Source: Tolypothrix carrinoi HA7290-LM1 (GTDB taxonomy: Bacteria; Cyanobacteriota; Cyanobacteriia; Cyanobacteriales; Nostocaceae). From it: a DNA stretch of 38,433 bases. Made by a program: the position numbers and the translations under genes. The DNA is taken from NCBI GenBank assembly GCA_019358935.1, contig JAHHIK010000083.1, forward strand, positions 1 through 38,433, given 5' to 3'. Below, piece by piece: positions 18,906 to 27,963 of the stretch. Numbering within the stretch: position 1 is the stretch's first letter; each line of letters begins with the position of its first letter. A model generated the notes under the pieces. It was given only the letters and a program-made list of their open reading frames with translations. It searched no databases and was not told the origin of the DNA.

Positions 18906-21791
18906 CTAAAGCCAATTTCCGACTAAAACATAAGGTGCCCAAAAATAAGGAGTTTGATATTTAACTAATAAAGCAAGTTGAGCGTGACGCAAAGCTTCGG
19001 CTTTAGTTTCGCGTTGTGCTAACTTTTGATAAAATTGATTCATTAATTCCGCAGTTGATTGGTCTTCTACTGACCATAAAGTTGCTAAAGTACTGCGGGT
19101 GCCTGCTCGCACGGCTATTCCCGCTAACCCTAAGGTAGCTCGCTTGTCACCACTAGCGGTTTGACAAGCACTGAGGACAAGTAATTCAATTGCGCGATCG
19201 CTTGTATTACGAAGTCGCAATAAGTTATCAAATTCTTTTACTTTCAACAGCTGTTCCCAAGTGAGAATAAAGGTTTTCTCGGCATTAGAACTAAACTCAC
19301 CGTGAGTTGCTATGTGAACTACACTAAATGGTGCTTCTTTAATCTGATTTTGGACATTTTTTTCAGTAAAAGTGCGATTGAGAAGTTCTTGACTTTTGGG
19401 AATCGTTGAGTGAATTTTCTGTGATTCCACTATCACGTTGTTGAGCGGAGGAAATGAGCGACCTTGGATTTCGCGTTGTTCGCTAACTCCAGCAATTAAA
19501 ACATTTAATTCTCTACGTTGCAAAGGTTTGGGGTCAATAAGTTGCAAACCAGGAGCTAAGGCGATCGCATACTTTTGAATTAAATATTGTTTCTGTTTTT
19601 CGTCATAAAGAACACCCATCGGAATATTTCGCAAAGAACCATCTAGTACAAACACTAAGGTTTTCATGTTTATCTTTGCTAAATCAGCTTCCAGTGGTTG
19701 AATCAACCATTCATACAGTTTTTGTGAGAGTTTTTGAACATCATTAATCCGGTCGGGTTCTCTAAGAAATTGCCCTAATTTCTCTAGGGTTATTTCAACT
19801 TCTTTTGCCTCTTTGTCAGTTGTGTAGTGCCTAAGTTGAGTTTGATTTGGTAACTTGAGAATAATTTCTATGCGGTCTTTTAAAATAATCGGATAAATAA
19901 CTGCGGCTGTCGAATCAATTTTGTCAACCACGTCATCAATTTGTTTTGGTTTCTCTTGTAAACAAGCTTCCCGAAAAAAGTTTTCTAGTTCACTTAATTG
20001 CAAAGCTTCAATCACATTCCGCGCTTGCTTTAAGTTATCTTGACTCACTGAGAATTGGGCAATGGGCATTGGGCATTGGGCATTGGGCAATGGGCAAAAT
20101 TCCTCTCCCCCTGCTCCCCCTGCTCCCCCTGCTCCCCCTGCTCCCCCACGCCCGTCGCCCTTGTCCCCTTGTCTCCCTTGTCCCCCTTGTCCCCCCCTCC
20201 CCCCCCCTCCCCCCCTCTCCCCTACGGGTTGCAAGAGTAAATCAACTAATTGCCGATATACAGGTTCTACATTATCTCGAAAGGTAAATTGCACATCTGG
20301 ATTTAGGGCAATCAAATCATTGCGTAAAAATTTCAGGGTATCTACTGCTTGAGTATAGAAGGCGATCGCCCCAGTAATATCGCCTTTAATTTTGAGTATC
20401 TGTCCTAATTGCCATTGCCAAAGATAAGCAATATCCTTGGCTTTAATTGCTTGAGCTTGTATCAAAGCTTGCTCTGTCAATTTCTGCGCGTTCGCTATAT
20501 CTTGGGTTTTCAGATACAATCCACCCAGCGCACCGATCGCATAAGCTTCGGAACGCTTATCCTCAATGCTTCTAGCTTGTTGAATCGCTGTTGCCAAACT
20601 TTCAGCAATTTCTTTCCAGGATGGGATGTCTGCATTGGTAGCTTGTTTTAAATATACCAAACTCTCAGCTAAGTGAATTTGGGCATAAATTGTCGTCTGG
20701 CTGGGTGGTATTTTCCTCAGCTTTAACTGTATCTCAGACGATAATTGTTGTGCTTGCGACCATTTTTGCAGTGACAACAACATACTCAGATGATTAAGTT
20801 GTGCTTGGATTTGTCCAAGCGGTGAAGTAGATATCGTAGCGGCTTGCGAGTAAAATTGCGCTGCTTGCTGGTAAAATTTGATAGCTTTTATATTTTGAGT
20901 GAAGATAGATTTGGTTAAATACTGCAAGGGCGTATACTCTTCAATACTTATTGTGTCCAGCCGCGATTCTCTATTACCATTAGCTGCATAAATGTTACCT
21001 AAACTAATCAAAGCAGCGCTTATTTCTGGAGGAGATTCTAATTTTTCGGCTATGTCCCGACTTTCAAGCAAAACTTCTAAAGATTCTTCTAAATTACCAA
21101 TTAATTGCACCACATCACCCAAGCTGCGTAAAGCGGTAGCTTTAACCAATGAGTCTGGTTGCTTTTCTAGACGGTGGTACATTTCCTTTAATGTCGTGCG
21201 AGATTGTAGGTATTGCCCTAAGGCTTGTTGGGCAATGCTTTGGTTAATCAAGCTGCGAGTTTTGCCAACTTCATCACCTGCTTTGGCATAGATATTTTCA
21301 GCTTGTTTCCATGTGTTTAAAGCAAGTTCTGCTTTACCTAGTTCTAATTGGAGATTTCCCTGAATTTCTAATGTTTGCGCCAAAACTGATGCCGAATTTG
21401 GGGTATTTTCTAAGGTTGTTAAGATTAAAAGACTTTGAGCGATCGCTCGATCTGCTTTTTCCCATTGTCCGAGTTGCTTAAAAGCTAACGAGAGATTACT
21501 TAAGGCGATCGCTTCTCCCAATTTATCTTTTTGAGTTCGCAAAGAAGAAGCTGCTTGTTGCAAAATCATCACCGCTGTCGATAACTCTCCAGCTTCATAG
21601 AGTTTTCGACCTTGTTCAATCAATACTTGACCATTTGGGGGTTCAACTTGAGAAAACACCGGCGATGAAATTGAACAAGTGATAAATAACACTGTTAAAA
21701 AGAGGGGAAAAGGTTTTTTCCTGATTGCAAGCAGTTTATTCTTTAAAAAACGTCGTACCGCTACAATAAATCGCCACCGTTTTCTTCTCAT
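18906..21791 (-). CDS. Secreted TPR-CHAT protease
   Basis: Basic N-region plus hydrophobic signal, multiple TPR-like repeats, FRDNVEPVYR, LENFFREAC, and a CHAT domain with VHIATHG and LVLSACQTA dyad and PYFWAPYVLVGNWL terminus. Confidence 0.93.
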   Translation of the reverse strand: MRRKRWRFIVAVRRFLKNKLLAIRKKPFPLFLTVLFITCSISSPVFSQVEPPNGQVLIEQGRKLYEAGELSTAVMILQQAASSLRTQKDKLGEAIALSNLSLAFKQLGQWEKADRAIAQSLLILTTLENTPNSASVLAQTLEIQGNLQLELGKAELALNTWKQAENIYAKAGDEVGKTRSLINQSIAQQALGQYLQSRTTLKEMYHRLEKQPDSLVKATALRSLGDVVQLIGNLEESLEVLLESRDIAEKLESPPEISAALISLGNIYAANGNRESRLDTISIEEYTPLQYLTKSIFTQNIKAIKFYQQAAQFYSQAATISTSPLGQIQAQLNHLSMLLSLQKWSQAQQLSSEIQLKLRKIPPSQTTIYAQIHLAESLVYLKQATNADIPSWKEIAESLATAIQQARSIEDKRSEAYAIGALGGLYLKTQDIANAQKLTEQALIQAQAIKAKDIAYLWQWQLGQILKIKGDITGAIAFYTQAVDTLKFLRNDLIALNPDVQFTFRDNVEPVYRQLVDLLLQPVGERGGGGGRGGQGGQGRQGDKGDGRGGAGGAGGAGGAGGEEFCPLPNAQCPMPIAQFSVSQDNLKQARNVIEALQLSELENFFREACLQEKPKQIDDVVDKIDSTAAVIYPIILKDRIEIILKLPNQTQLRHYTTDKEAKEVEITLEKLGQFLREPDRINDVQKLSQKLYEWLIQPLEADLAKINMKTLVFVLDGSLRNIPMGVLYDEKQKQYLIQKYAIALAPGLQLIDPKPLQRRELNVLIAGVSEQREIQGRSFPPLNNVIVESQKIHSTIPKSQELLNRTFTEKNVQNQIKEAPFSVVHIATHGEFSSNAEKTFILTWEQLLKVKEFDNLLRLRNTSDRAIELLVLSACQTASGDKRATLGLAGIAVRAGTRSTLATLWSVEDQSTAELMNQFYQKLAQRETKAEALRHAQLALLVKYQTPYFWAPYVLVGNWL
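20055..20223. repeat. Composite heptamer + nonamer repeat block inserted in frame in the TPR-CHAT gene
   Basis: TTGGGCA heptamers, then CCCCCTGCT and CCCCTTGT units; translated as GERGGGGGRGGQGG...GGAGGAGG...[14 protein letters not shown]. Confidence 0.9.
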
Positions 21792-21803
21792 CTCCTTTAT
21801 CCC

Positions 21804-24362
21804 TCAATCTTGACTAACGGGTGCTGCAACAGGGCAAGTTGGCGTTGACAAAAAGTTATTTATGTGCTTTGTTGGGGCAGAGGCGATTAACGTCACCTCA
21901 CCTTTATTGTTAATTACCCAACCAGTAGCTGCTACCATTTGATTTGGCAACTTAGAGCCACTTACTTTAGTAATTCCCCCCCTCTCCCTCTGTCCCCCTC
22001 TCCCCCTCTCCCCCTGCGTCACCCAATTGACGGTTGCAGTCTGATTACTACGCAGTGCTTCAGTTGGTAAAGGTGGTAAACCCCCGCGTCCGGTGATTGT
22101 AAATTTATTGCCTTGATTTGCTGGACAACCTTGAGCAATTAAATTAGAGCGATCGCTTACATCATCTGGTAATTCCACTAACCCAGAACTCAGGTCAATG
22201 TCAGGGGTAATAATATTTACTTGTCCGCTCAACGCCGCATTTTCCTGGGAAATTGCCGTAATGTCGTTTGACTGTAAATTTTGAGCATCTATTTCGCTGG
22301 GTTTTTTTGCTTCCAAGCGGCGTACTAAGTCTTCTCGGCTACGCTGTTCGATATTAAAAATACCAAAAGCTTGAATTTGCACTTTGCCACCAGAACCTTC
22401 AAAAGCATTTGCGCTGATATCGCTATTTTCATTTTTGACAGCAAGTAAAAACCCATTTGGGGCATTAATATTAATGTTACCGCCATTGCCGCCAGCTTCA
22501 GCGGTACCGGCACTAGTGGAGATTTGGCTTCCACGACGCAATAGCAAGAAGTCTTGAATTCCTAAAGTAATATTTCCACCGTTACCAGATGTAGTTGTGG
22601 CTAAGATACCTGCCTGATTATCAAGCCGGATGAAGTTAGAATCAACTTTGATATTTCCGGCAAATCCTTGTCCTTGGCTGCTAGCATTCACTTCAGCATT
22701 ATTTCTCAGAGTTAAGGCATTAGTAGTGATGTTGATGTCACCTCCATTGCCCACTGCTTTTGAGTCTACAGTACTGAATGCACCACTTGGTCTTGGAATT
22801 ATTTGTGTTGTATCCACCCCATCAAATAAGACAGAATTTCTAGCAGTAATATTGATATTGCCAGCATTTCCTATACCAAAAGTACTAGCAGATAATCTAG
22901 CCCCATTTTTAACTGTCAGGGAACCAGTAGTGATGCTGATGTCTCCTCCTTTGCCCACGGCTTCAGTTGCAATAAGATTGCTGAATAGACCACTACGCGA
23001 TGGCGTACCGTTTGCATTGAAGCCCAATCCATCAAAAGATACTGTATCTCGTGCATTCACAGTAATATTGCCACCATCGCCGCTTGCAGAAAAGGTCAAT
23101 ATAACACCGCCATTAGTCAGAGATAGTGACCCTGTGGTAATGCTGATGTTACCTGCTTTACCCACCCCTGTCCGCTCGACATCGCTAGATACTGCACTCG
23201 CAGTAGTAATGCCTACCCCATCAACAGAAACTGTATCCTTAGCATTAATGGTGATATTACCAGCATTGCCGATTCCTAAGGTGCTGGCATTCAACTTTCC
23301 ATCATTGCCCAGAAATAGTGAGCCGGTGTTAATGTTAATATCACCTGACTGTCCAATTGCCTTTTTTTGCACACTATTATCAATACGGCTACCATTTTGA
23401 ACATTTACTGCTGCTTGTGCATTAATGTCAATATTTCCGGCAATGCTTTTGACTGAACCCAGCCCATCTGCTATCCCAGCCAGTATCCGGCTTTGATTTG
23501 CCAGATTTAAATTTCCGGCATTAATGGCAATACTGCCATTATCTTGACCGCGCACATTCACATTAGCATTATTGATCAGTGATACGTCACTTCGCCCCAC
23601 CCCATCAGGAAAATTTAAACTCAGATTGCTGCCATTTCCATTTAAGTTAACTGTTCCCGCACTTCTAAATCCTCCTAACTCTACTCGACCACCAAAAGCA
23701 AATAATCCGCCACCATTTATATTGATATCACCGCCAACTAAAGATAAATTCTGACCATCTGGAACACGCAGACCATTTGCGGTGAATGTGCTTGATGGAT
23801 CTAATTCTGAAGGTGCAACTGAGTTAACCTCAATTGGTGCAGTTGCAGAGGAATTGAAAAACAACGCTGAAGGATTTATTGTCAGCAAGGGGAGGGGTGC
23901 TTCTGGGTTAGAAGCGCTGAAAAAGCCTTGATTGCCAAATTCAATGGCATTAGCAGTACTTGCCAAAAATGAGCCACCGATATCTAACTTGGCATTTTGA
24001 CTAAATACGATTCCATTGGGATTAATCAAAAATAAGTTTGCTGTACCCAAAGCGCGAATTGTACCATCAATGTTAGAAATAGATTTACCCGTTACCCGAC
24101 TGATAATATTTTGAATATTTAGAGCATTGTTAAAGAAAGCGACGCCACCATTAGGAATAGAAAATGTCTCAAAGCTGTGGAATAGATTTGTTTTTGCGGT
24201 TGTTCCTCCTTCGATCAGGTTTACATTGTTCTGTTGTGTGACTCTGGAGTTTATCGGTAGGGTTGCATCCGGGGTAATTTGTGCAACTGTTGGCTGAGAA
24301 GTAAATAAAAATAGTAGCGCACTGCCATGAATCAGCCAGAAGCGCATGAAAAGCAGTTTCAT
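21804..24362 (-). CDS. Filamentous haemagglutinin N-terminal domain exoprotein (TpsA-like), paralogue 1
   Basis: Signal peptide ending VAQ, NLFHSF, NIISRVTG, LFLINPNGI, repeated G.GG.I.I beta-helix units, NSDISANA and a C-terminal QGC...FTITGRGGLP motif. Confidence 0.93.
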   Translation of the reverse strand: MKLLFMRFWLIHGSALLFLFTSQPTVAQITPDATLPINSRVTQQNNVNLIEGGTTAKTNLFHSFETFSIPNGGVAFFNNALNIQNIISRVTGKSISNIDGTIRALGTANLFLINPNGIVFSQNAKLDIGGSFLASTANAIEFGNQGFFSASNPEAPLPLLTINPSALFFNSSATAPIEVNSVAPSELDPSSTFTANGLRVPDGQNLSLVGGDININGGGLFAFGGRVELGGFRSAGTVNLNGNGSNLSLNFPDGVGRSDVSLINNANVNVRGQDNGSIAINAGNLNLANQSRILAGIADGLGSVKSIAGNIDINAQAAVNVQNGSRIDNSVQKKAIGQSGDININTGSLFLGNDGKLNASTLGIGNAGNITINAKDTVSVDGVGITTASAVSSDVERTGVGKAGNISITTGSLSLTNGGVILTFSASGDGGNITVNARDTVSFDGLGFNANGTPSRSGLFSNLIATEAVGKGGDISITTGSLTVKNGARLSASTFGIGNAGNINITARNSVLFDGVDTTQIIPRPSGAFSTVDSKAVGNGGDINITTNALTLRNNAEVNASSQGQGFAGNIKVDSNFIRLDNQAGILATTTSGNGGNITLGIQDFLLLRRGSQISTSAGTAEAGGNGGNININAPNGFLLAVKNENSDISANAFEGSGGKVQIQAFGIFNIEQRSREDLVRRLEAKKPSEIDAQNLQSNDITAISQENAALSGQVNIITPDIDLSSGLVELPDDVSDRSNLIAQGCPANQGNKFTITGRGGLPPLPTEALRSNQTATVNWVTQGERGRGGQRERGGITKVSGSKLPNQMVAATGWVINNKGEVTLIASAPTKHINNFLSTPTCPVAAPVSQD

Positions 24363-24426
24363 AAACTGGAGATGCTCCTCTAGACTTTTTATTGACTATA
24401 CAGCTATTTGGTTAAAGTTTAGATAT

Positions 24427-24597
24427 GGCGTTGCTGAATCTGAGGATATTAAAATTTTTAGATGTTAAGACGTTCCACCTAGGGGCGTCTTTATTATATG
24501 CGTGTCAAGCGCCCTTCGGGTGTGGGGTGTGGGGCTGCGCGATCGCTTCCCCTACACCCTACACCCTATACCCCACACCCCGTTCATGGTCAACGCC
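24427..24597. mobile_element. Probable MITE with GGCGTTG/CAACGCC ends carrying nested repeats
   Basis: 7-bp perfect terminal inverted repeat; flanks agatat/ggatat (5/6 match, possible target duplication); internal GGGTGTG...CACCCTA tracts around a HIP1 site. Confidence 0.5.
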
Positions 24598-24658
24598 GGA
24601 TATGATATTAGTTGCGTGCAATCCACCGCGAGCGATCGCCCTATTAACTTCAGGTTTC

Positions 24659-24868
24659 ATGTTCTGAAGCTCAACATTCGTGTTCTGAACTCGAAACTTG
24701 ATGTTCTCAGGCTCAACATTCGTGTTCCAAACTCGAAACTTGATGTTCTCAGGCTCAACATTCGTCTTCCAAACTCGAAACTTGATGTTCTGAAGCTCAA
24801 CATTCGTGTTCCAAACTCGAAACTTGATGTTCTGAACTCGAAACTTGATGTTCTGAACTCGAAACTTA
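24659..24868. repeat. Tandem array of ten 21-bp units with A/B alternation (42-bp higher-order period)
   Basis: A = atgttctgaagctcaacattc or atgttctcaggctcaacattc; B = gtgttccaaactcgaaacttg and variants; order ABABABAB plus two B-like units. Confidence 0.95.
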
Positions 24869-24897
24869 TACAGTTGGGAGCGCAAAATATATCTTCT

Positions 24898-24925
24898 GTA
24901 GCGATAATTCATGAATTATCGCTAC
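24898..24925. repeat. Perfect 28-bp GTAG-type palindrome (REP-like)
   Basis: gtagcgataattcatgaattatcgctac equals its own reverse complement. Confidence 0.9.
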
Positions 24926-24967
24926 GTAAATTAAGGAACTACGCCGGTTTTTGCGTAAGTCCTATGA

Positions 24968-25387
24968 CTACTTGTTGCTTTGTTGGTTGTGTTTTCCTTC
25001 CTGTTGGCGGAGTTCGTTTAAAATGGCGCTACCATTGTTGAAGGGACCTAAAGCGACGACAGCTGATGCGAGTTCGGTGACTTGATGCAGTTCTTGCCAA
25101 GTTGCTCCAGCGCGACGAGCGGCGATCGCATGGTGGTGTGCGGCTGGGACACCCATAACTAACAGCATCCCAAACAGCATTAATTGCGTTGTCTTGGTGT
25201 CGAAAGTTTTGTTGTAGAAAGCGTGAGCGCGAAATTTCTCGGCGAGTCGCAATCCCTCCGGGTCAATTTCACTACTAAACTCGAATTTTGCTTTCGGTAA
25301 TGGTGGCACTTCACCAAATAATTCGGCGTAGCTATCACCAAAGGCTGCAAGGTCAGGGGGTAAATTGGTCGATTGCGTGTCAGACAT
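24968..25387 (-). CDS. Carboxymuconolactone decarboxylase (CMD/AhpD-like) family protein without a CxxC motif
   Basis: FDTKTTQLMLFGML...HAIAARRAGATWQEL pattern; no cysteine in the protein. Confidence 0.8.
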   Translation of the reverse strand: MSDTQSTNLPPDLAAFGDSYAELFGEVPPLPKAKFEFSSEIDPEGLRLAEKFRAHAFYNKTFDTKTTQLMLFGMLLVMGVPAAHHHAIAARRAGATWQELHQVTELASAVVALGPFNNGSAILNELRQQEGKHNQQSNK

Positions 25388-25479
25388 AATAAAAGAATAA
25401 AAGCTTCAGTATAATCTAGTGGTCTATGAGATTAATTTTGAAAAATTGTAGGAAAAGCTCTCGGACCGTTGACAAAAAA

Positions 25480-25687
25480 GGGTGTGGGGTGTGGGGTGTG
25501 GGGTGTGGGGGAAAGAAATATCTCTTCTTCCCTACCCCCTACCCCCTACCCCCTGCCCCCTTATGAGCGGGGGTAGGGGGGGAGAGGGGGGTGAGAGAAA
25601 GAAAAGTATCGATTGGTTCTTTTCTCTTGCCCCACTCAGCCACACCCTACCCCCTACCCCCCTTCTTCTACTACACCCCACACCCTA
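25480..25687. repeat. Composite STRR block (GGGTGTG / CCCCTAC tracts)
   Basis: Two successive pairs of G-rich then C-rich heptamer tracts. Confidence 0.85.
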
Positions 25688-25717
25688 ACCATGCAACCCC
25701 CTTCATTACGAAGCAAG

Positions 25718-25744
25718 CATTCCCAGTCAGAGACTGGGAACGAG
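25718..25744. repeat. REP-like hairpin directly after the yagR stop; possible terminator or mRNA stabiliser
   Basis: ttcccagtc-aga-gactgggaa, a perfect 9-bp stem. Confidence 0.6.
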
Positions 25745-25746
25745 AA

Positions 25747-27963
25747 TTACAGCAGTTTGTCTGGTGTAATTGGTAAATCGCGGATGCGCTTGCCTGTCGC
25801 ATGATAAACTGCGTTTGCCACAGCTGCCGCTACTCCAGTAATGCCAATTTCCCCTATACCTTTAGCACCGAGCGCGTTGACGTGCGGGTCTTTTTCTTCG
25901 ACAAAATAAGCTTCAATTGCCGGAACATCGGCGTTTACAGGGACGTGATACTCTCCCAAGTTGGGGTTGACAATGCGCCCGAATTGATGATCGGTGACAG
26001 TTTCCTCAAATAGCGCCATACCTAAACCCATAGTAATGCCGCCAATCATTTGCGATCGCGCTGTTTTCAAATTCAGCACCCGTCCCGTACCAAAAGCACC
26101 GACAAACCGCTTCACACGCACTTCTCCTAAGTCTTGATCGACACGCACCTCGGCGAATTGTGCGCCAAACGAGTGCATTGAGTACTTTTTATTTTCTTCG
26201 TCAAACTTAACATCAAAGTTAGCTTCAACTTGCTTGAGATTTTGCCGCTTGAGTATATCTGCGTAACTTTCGCTTTTGCCTTTATCGCTTTTGACAAACA
26301 TCCGCCCATCTTCAAAGGCGATTTCTGTATCGGGGATGTTGTAAAGAGGCGATCGCTGATCTGCACGTGCAATATCCAGTACTTTTGCACGTGCAGCTTT
26401 TGTCGCGCCGACAACTGCACTACCCACTGAGGCAACTGTCGCCGAACCGCCAGAAACAGGCGCATTCGGCATATTAGTATCACCGAGTTCAAATCGCACC
26501 CGCTCTACAGGCACACCCAAGACATCGGCGATGACTTGCGCCATTGCTGTTGCCGTACCCGTACCCATTTCATGCGTACCGCTTTGCACAACCACGCTAC
26601 CATCAAGCATAATTTTGGCTACAGCGCTGGCAGGAAAGCGATACACAGGATATGTGGCTGTTGCCATGCCCATGCCAATTAAATAACGCCCATCGCGCAT
26701 CGAACGCGGTGTGGGGTTGCGTCGCGACCAACCGAATTTGTCTGCGCCGAGTTGGTAACATTCCTTCAGCGACTTGCTCGACCAAGGCAAGTTTTTATCG
26801 GGGTCTATTTCCGCATAATTACGCAAGCGTAACTCAATCGGGTCTAATTTTAACGTGTAGGACAGTTCATCCATTGCTGATTCTAGGGCAAAAGTTCCCG
26901 GAGTTTCCCCAGGAGCACGCATATATGTTGGTTGCCCTTTGTTAACCTTGACTACCCGCTGTGAGGTTTGCAAGTTCTCGGTAGCGTACAGGATGTGTGT
27001 TGCCACGGTGAACGGTTCGACGAATTCGCCCACCGCTTCAGAACAAGTGTGGGAAATGCCTTTATGAGCGATCGCCGTTAACCGCCCATCACGTTTTGCC
27101 CCTAGTATAATTTGCTGCTCTGTTTCCGCTCGATGTCCAACATTGGTAAACATCTGCTGACGTGTCAAAACTAACTTCACCGGACGTTTGACTTGACGCG
27201 CAGCAACAGCAGCAAGGGGAACGTGCGACCACACACTACCTTTACAGCCAAACGCCCCGCCGATAAAATGGCAGACGACACGCACATTTTCTTCCGGAAT
27301 GCCAAAGCCGATCGCCAGAGTTTTCCGCTCACCAAATGTATACTGGGTTGCATCGTATACGGTGAGTTTATCACCCGACCACACAGCGGTTGTAGCGTGG
27401 GTTTCCATCGGGTTGTGATTTTCGGTGGGTGTGGTGTAAGTTTCTTCTAGCCGCACTTCAGCTTCAGCCAAACCTTGTTCTAAATTGCCGCGTGCGATGT
27501 CTGCTGGTCTGAACCCAACCGCACCCTTTGGCATAACCGCTTTTTCGCGCTCCATTTCGGTGACAAATGGTTGCTCATTGTAAGCGACACGTACCAAAGA
27601 TGCAGCGTGGGTGGCACGTTCCAATGTATCGGCAACTACAACACCGATATATTGACCGTGGTGATATATATTGCCATCTCCTAAGGGTACGCGGGCTTCG
27701 CCGGCGGCTCCTCCCTTGTTCATATCTGGCATTTCTTTTAATTTGGGCGCATTGAGGTGCGTGATAATCGCAATGACTCCGGGTGATTTTTCTGCCGCAC
27801 TTGTATCAATGTTCTTAATAGTTCCACTGGCAATCGTGCTACCAATTAGCACCGCATGGACGAGATTTTCCAGGGGGAATTCAGCCGCGTAATGTGCCGC
27901 ACCTGTCACCTTCAAGCGTCCATCAACTCGGTTCATCGGTTTGCCAACTGCTTCAATATTCAT
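25747..27963 (-). CDS. yagR: Xanthine dehydrogenase-family molybdenum-binding subunit (YagR/PaoC type)
   Basis: RVDGRLKVTG, HNPMET, IGGAFGCK, YMRAPG, EMGTG, SGGS and GAKGIGEIG motifs; the start overlaps the upstream stop. Confidence 0.92.
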   Translation of the reverse strand: MNIEAVGKPMNRVDGRLKVTGAAHYAAEFPLENLVHAVLIGSTIASGTIKNIDTSAAEKSPGVIAIITHLNAPKLKEMPDMNKGGAAGEARVPLGDGNIYHHGQYIGVVVADTLERATHAASLVRVAYNEQPFVTEMEREKAVMPKGAVGFRPADIARGNLEQGLAEAEVRLEETYTTPTENHNPMETHATTAVWSGDKLTVYDATQYTFGERKTLAIGFGIPEENVRVVCHFIGGAFGCKGSVWSHVPLAAVAARQVKRPVKLVLTRQQMFTNVGHRAETEQQIILGAKRDGRLTAIAHKGISHTCSEAVGEFVEPFTVATHILYATENLQTSQRVVKVNKGQPTYMRAPGETPGTFALESAMDELSYTLKLDPIELRLRNYAEIDPDKNLPWSSKSLKECYQLGADKFGWSRRNPTPRSMRDGRYLIGMGMATATYPVYRFPASAVAKIMLDGSVVVQSGTHEMGTGTATAMAQVIADVLGVPVERVRFELGDTNMPNAPVSGGSATVASVGSAVVGATKAARAKVLDIARADQRSPLYNIPDTEIAFEDGRMFVKSDKGKSESYADILKRQNLKQVEANFDVKFDEENKKYSMHSFGAQFAEVRVDQDLGEVRVKRFVGAFGTGRVLNLKTARSQMIGGITMGLGMALFEETVTDHQFGRIVNPNLGEYHVPVNADVPAIEAYFVEEKDPHVNALGAKGIGEIGITGVAAAVANAVYHATGKRIRDLPITPDKLL

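Noticed and set aside
22630..23400. 256-aa plus-strand ORF (and 31089-31661)
   Set aside because: Antisense shadows of the Gly/Asn/Ser/Thr-rich haemagglutinin repeats, with no independent motifs.
21804..24362. CdiA-type contact-dependent toxin
   Set aside because: Only about 850 aa, no VENN-like motif or toxin tip, no immunity gene, and the C-terminus is conserved between paralogues.
24502..25041. 179-aa and 117-aa ORFs over the 21-bp array as established genes
   Set aside because: They span MITE, STRR and palindrome sequence and have no clear SD, and the 179-aa one overlaps the CMD gene; kept only as a hypothesis in the findings.
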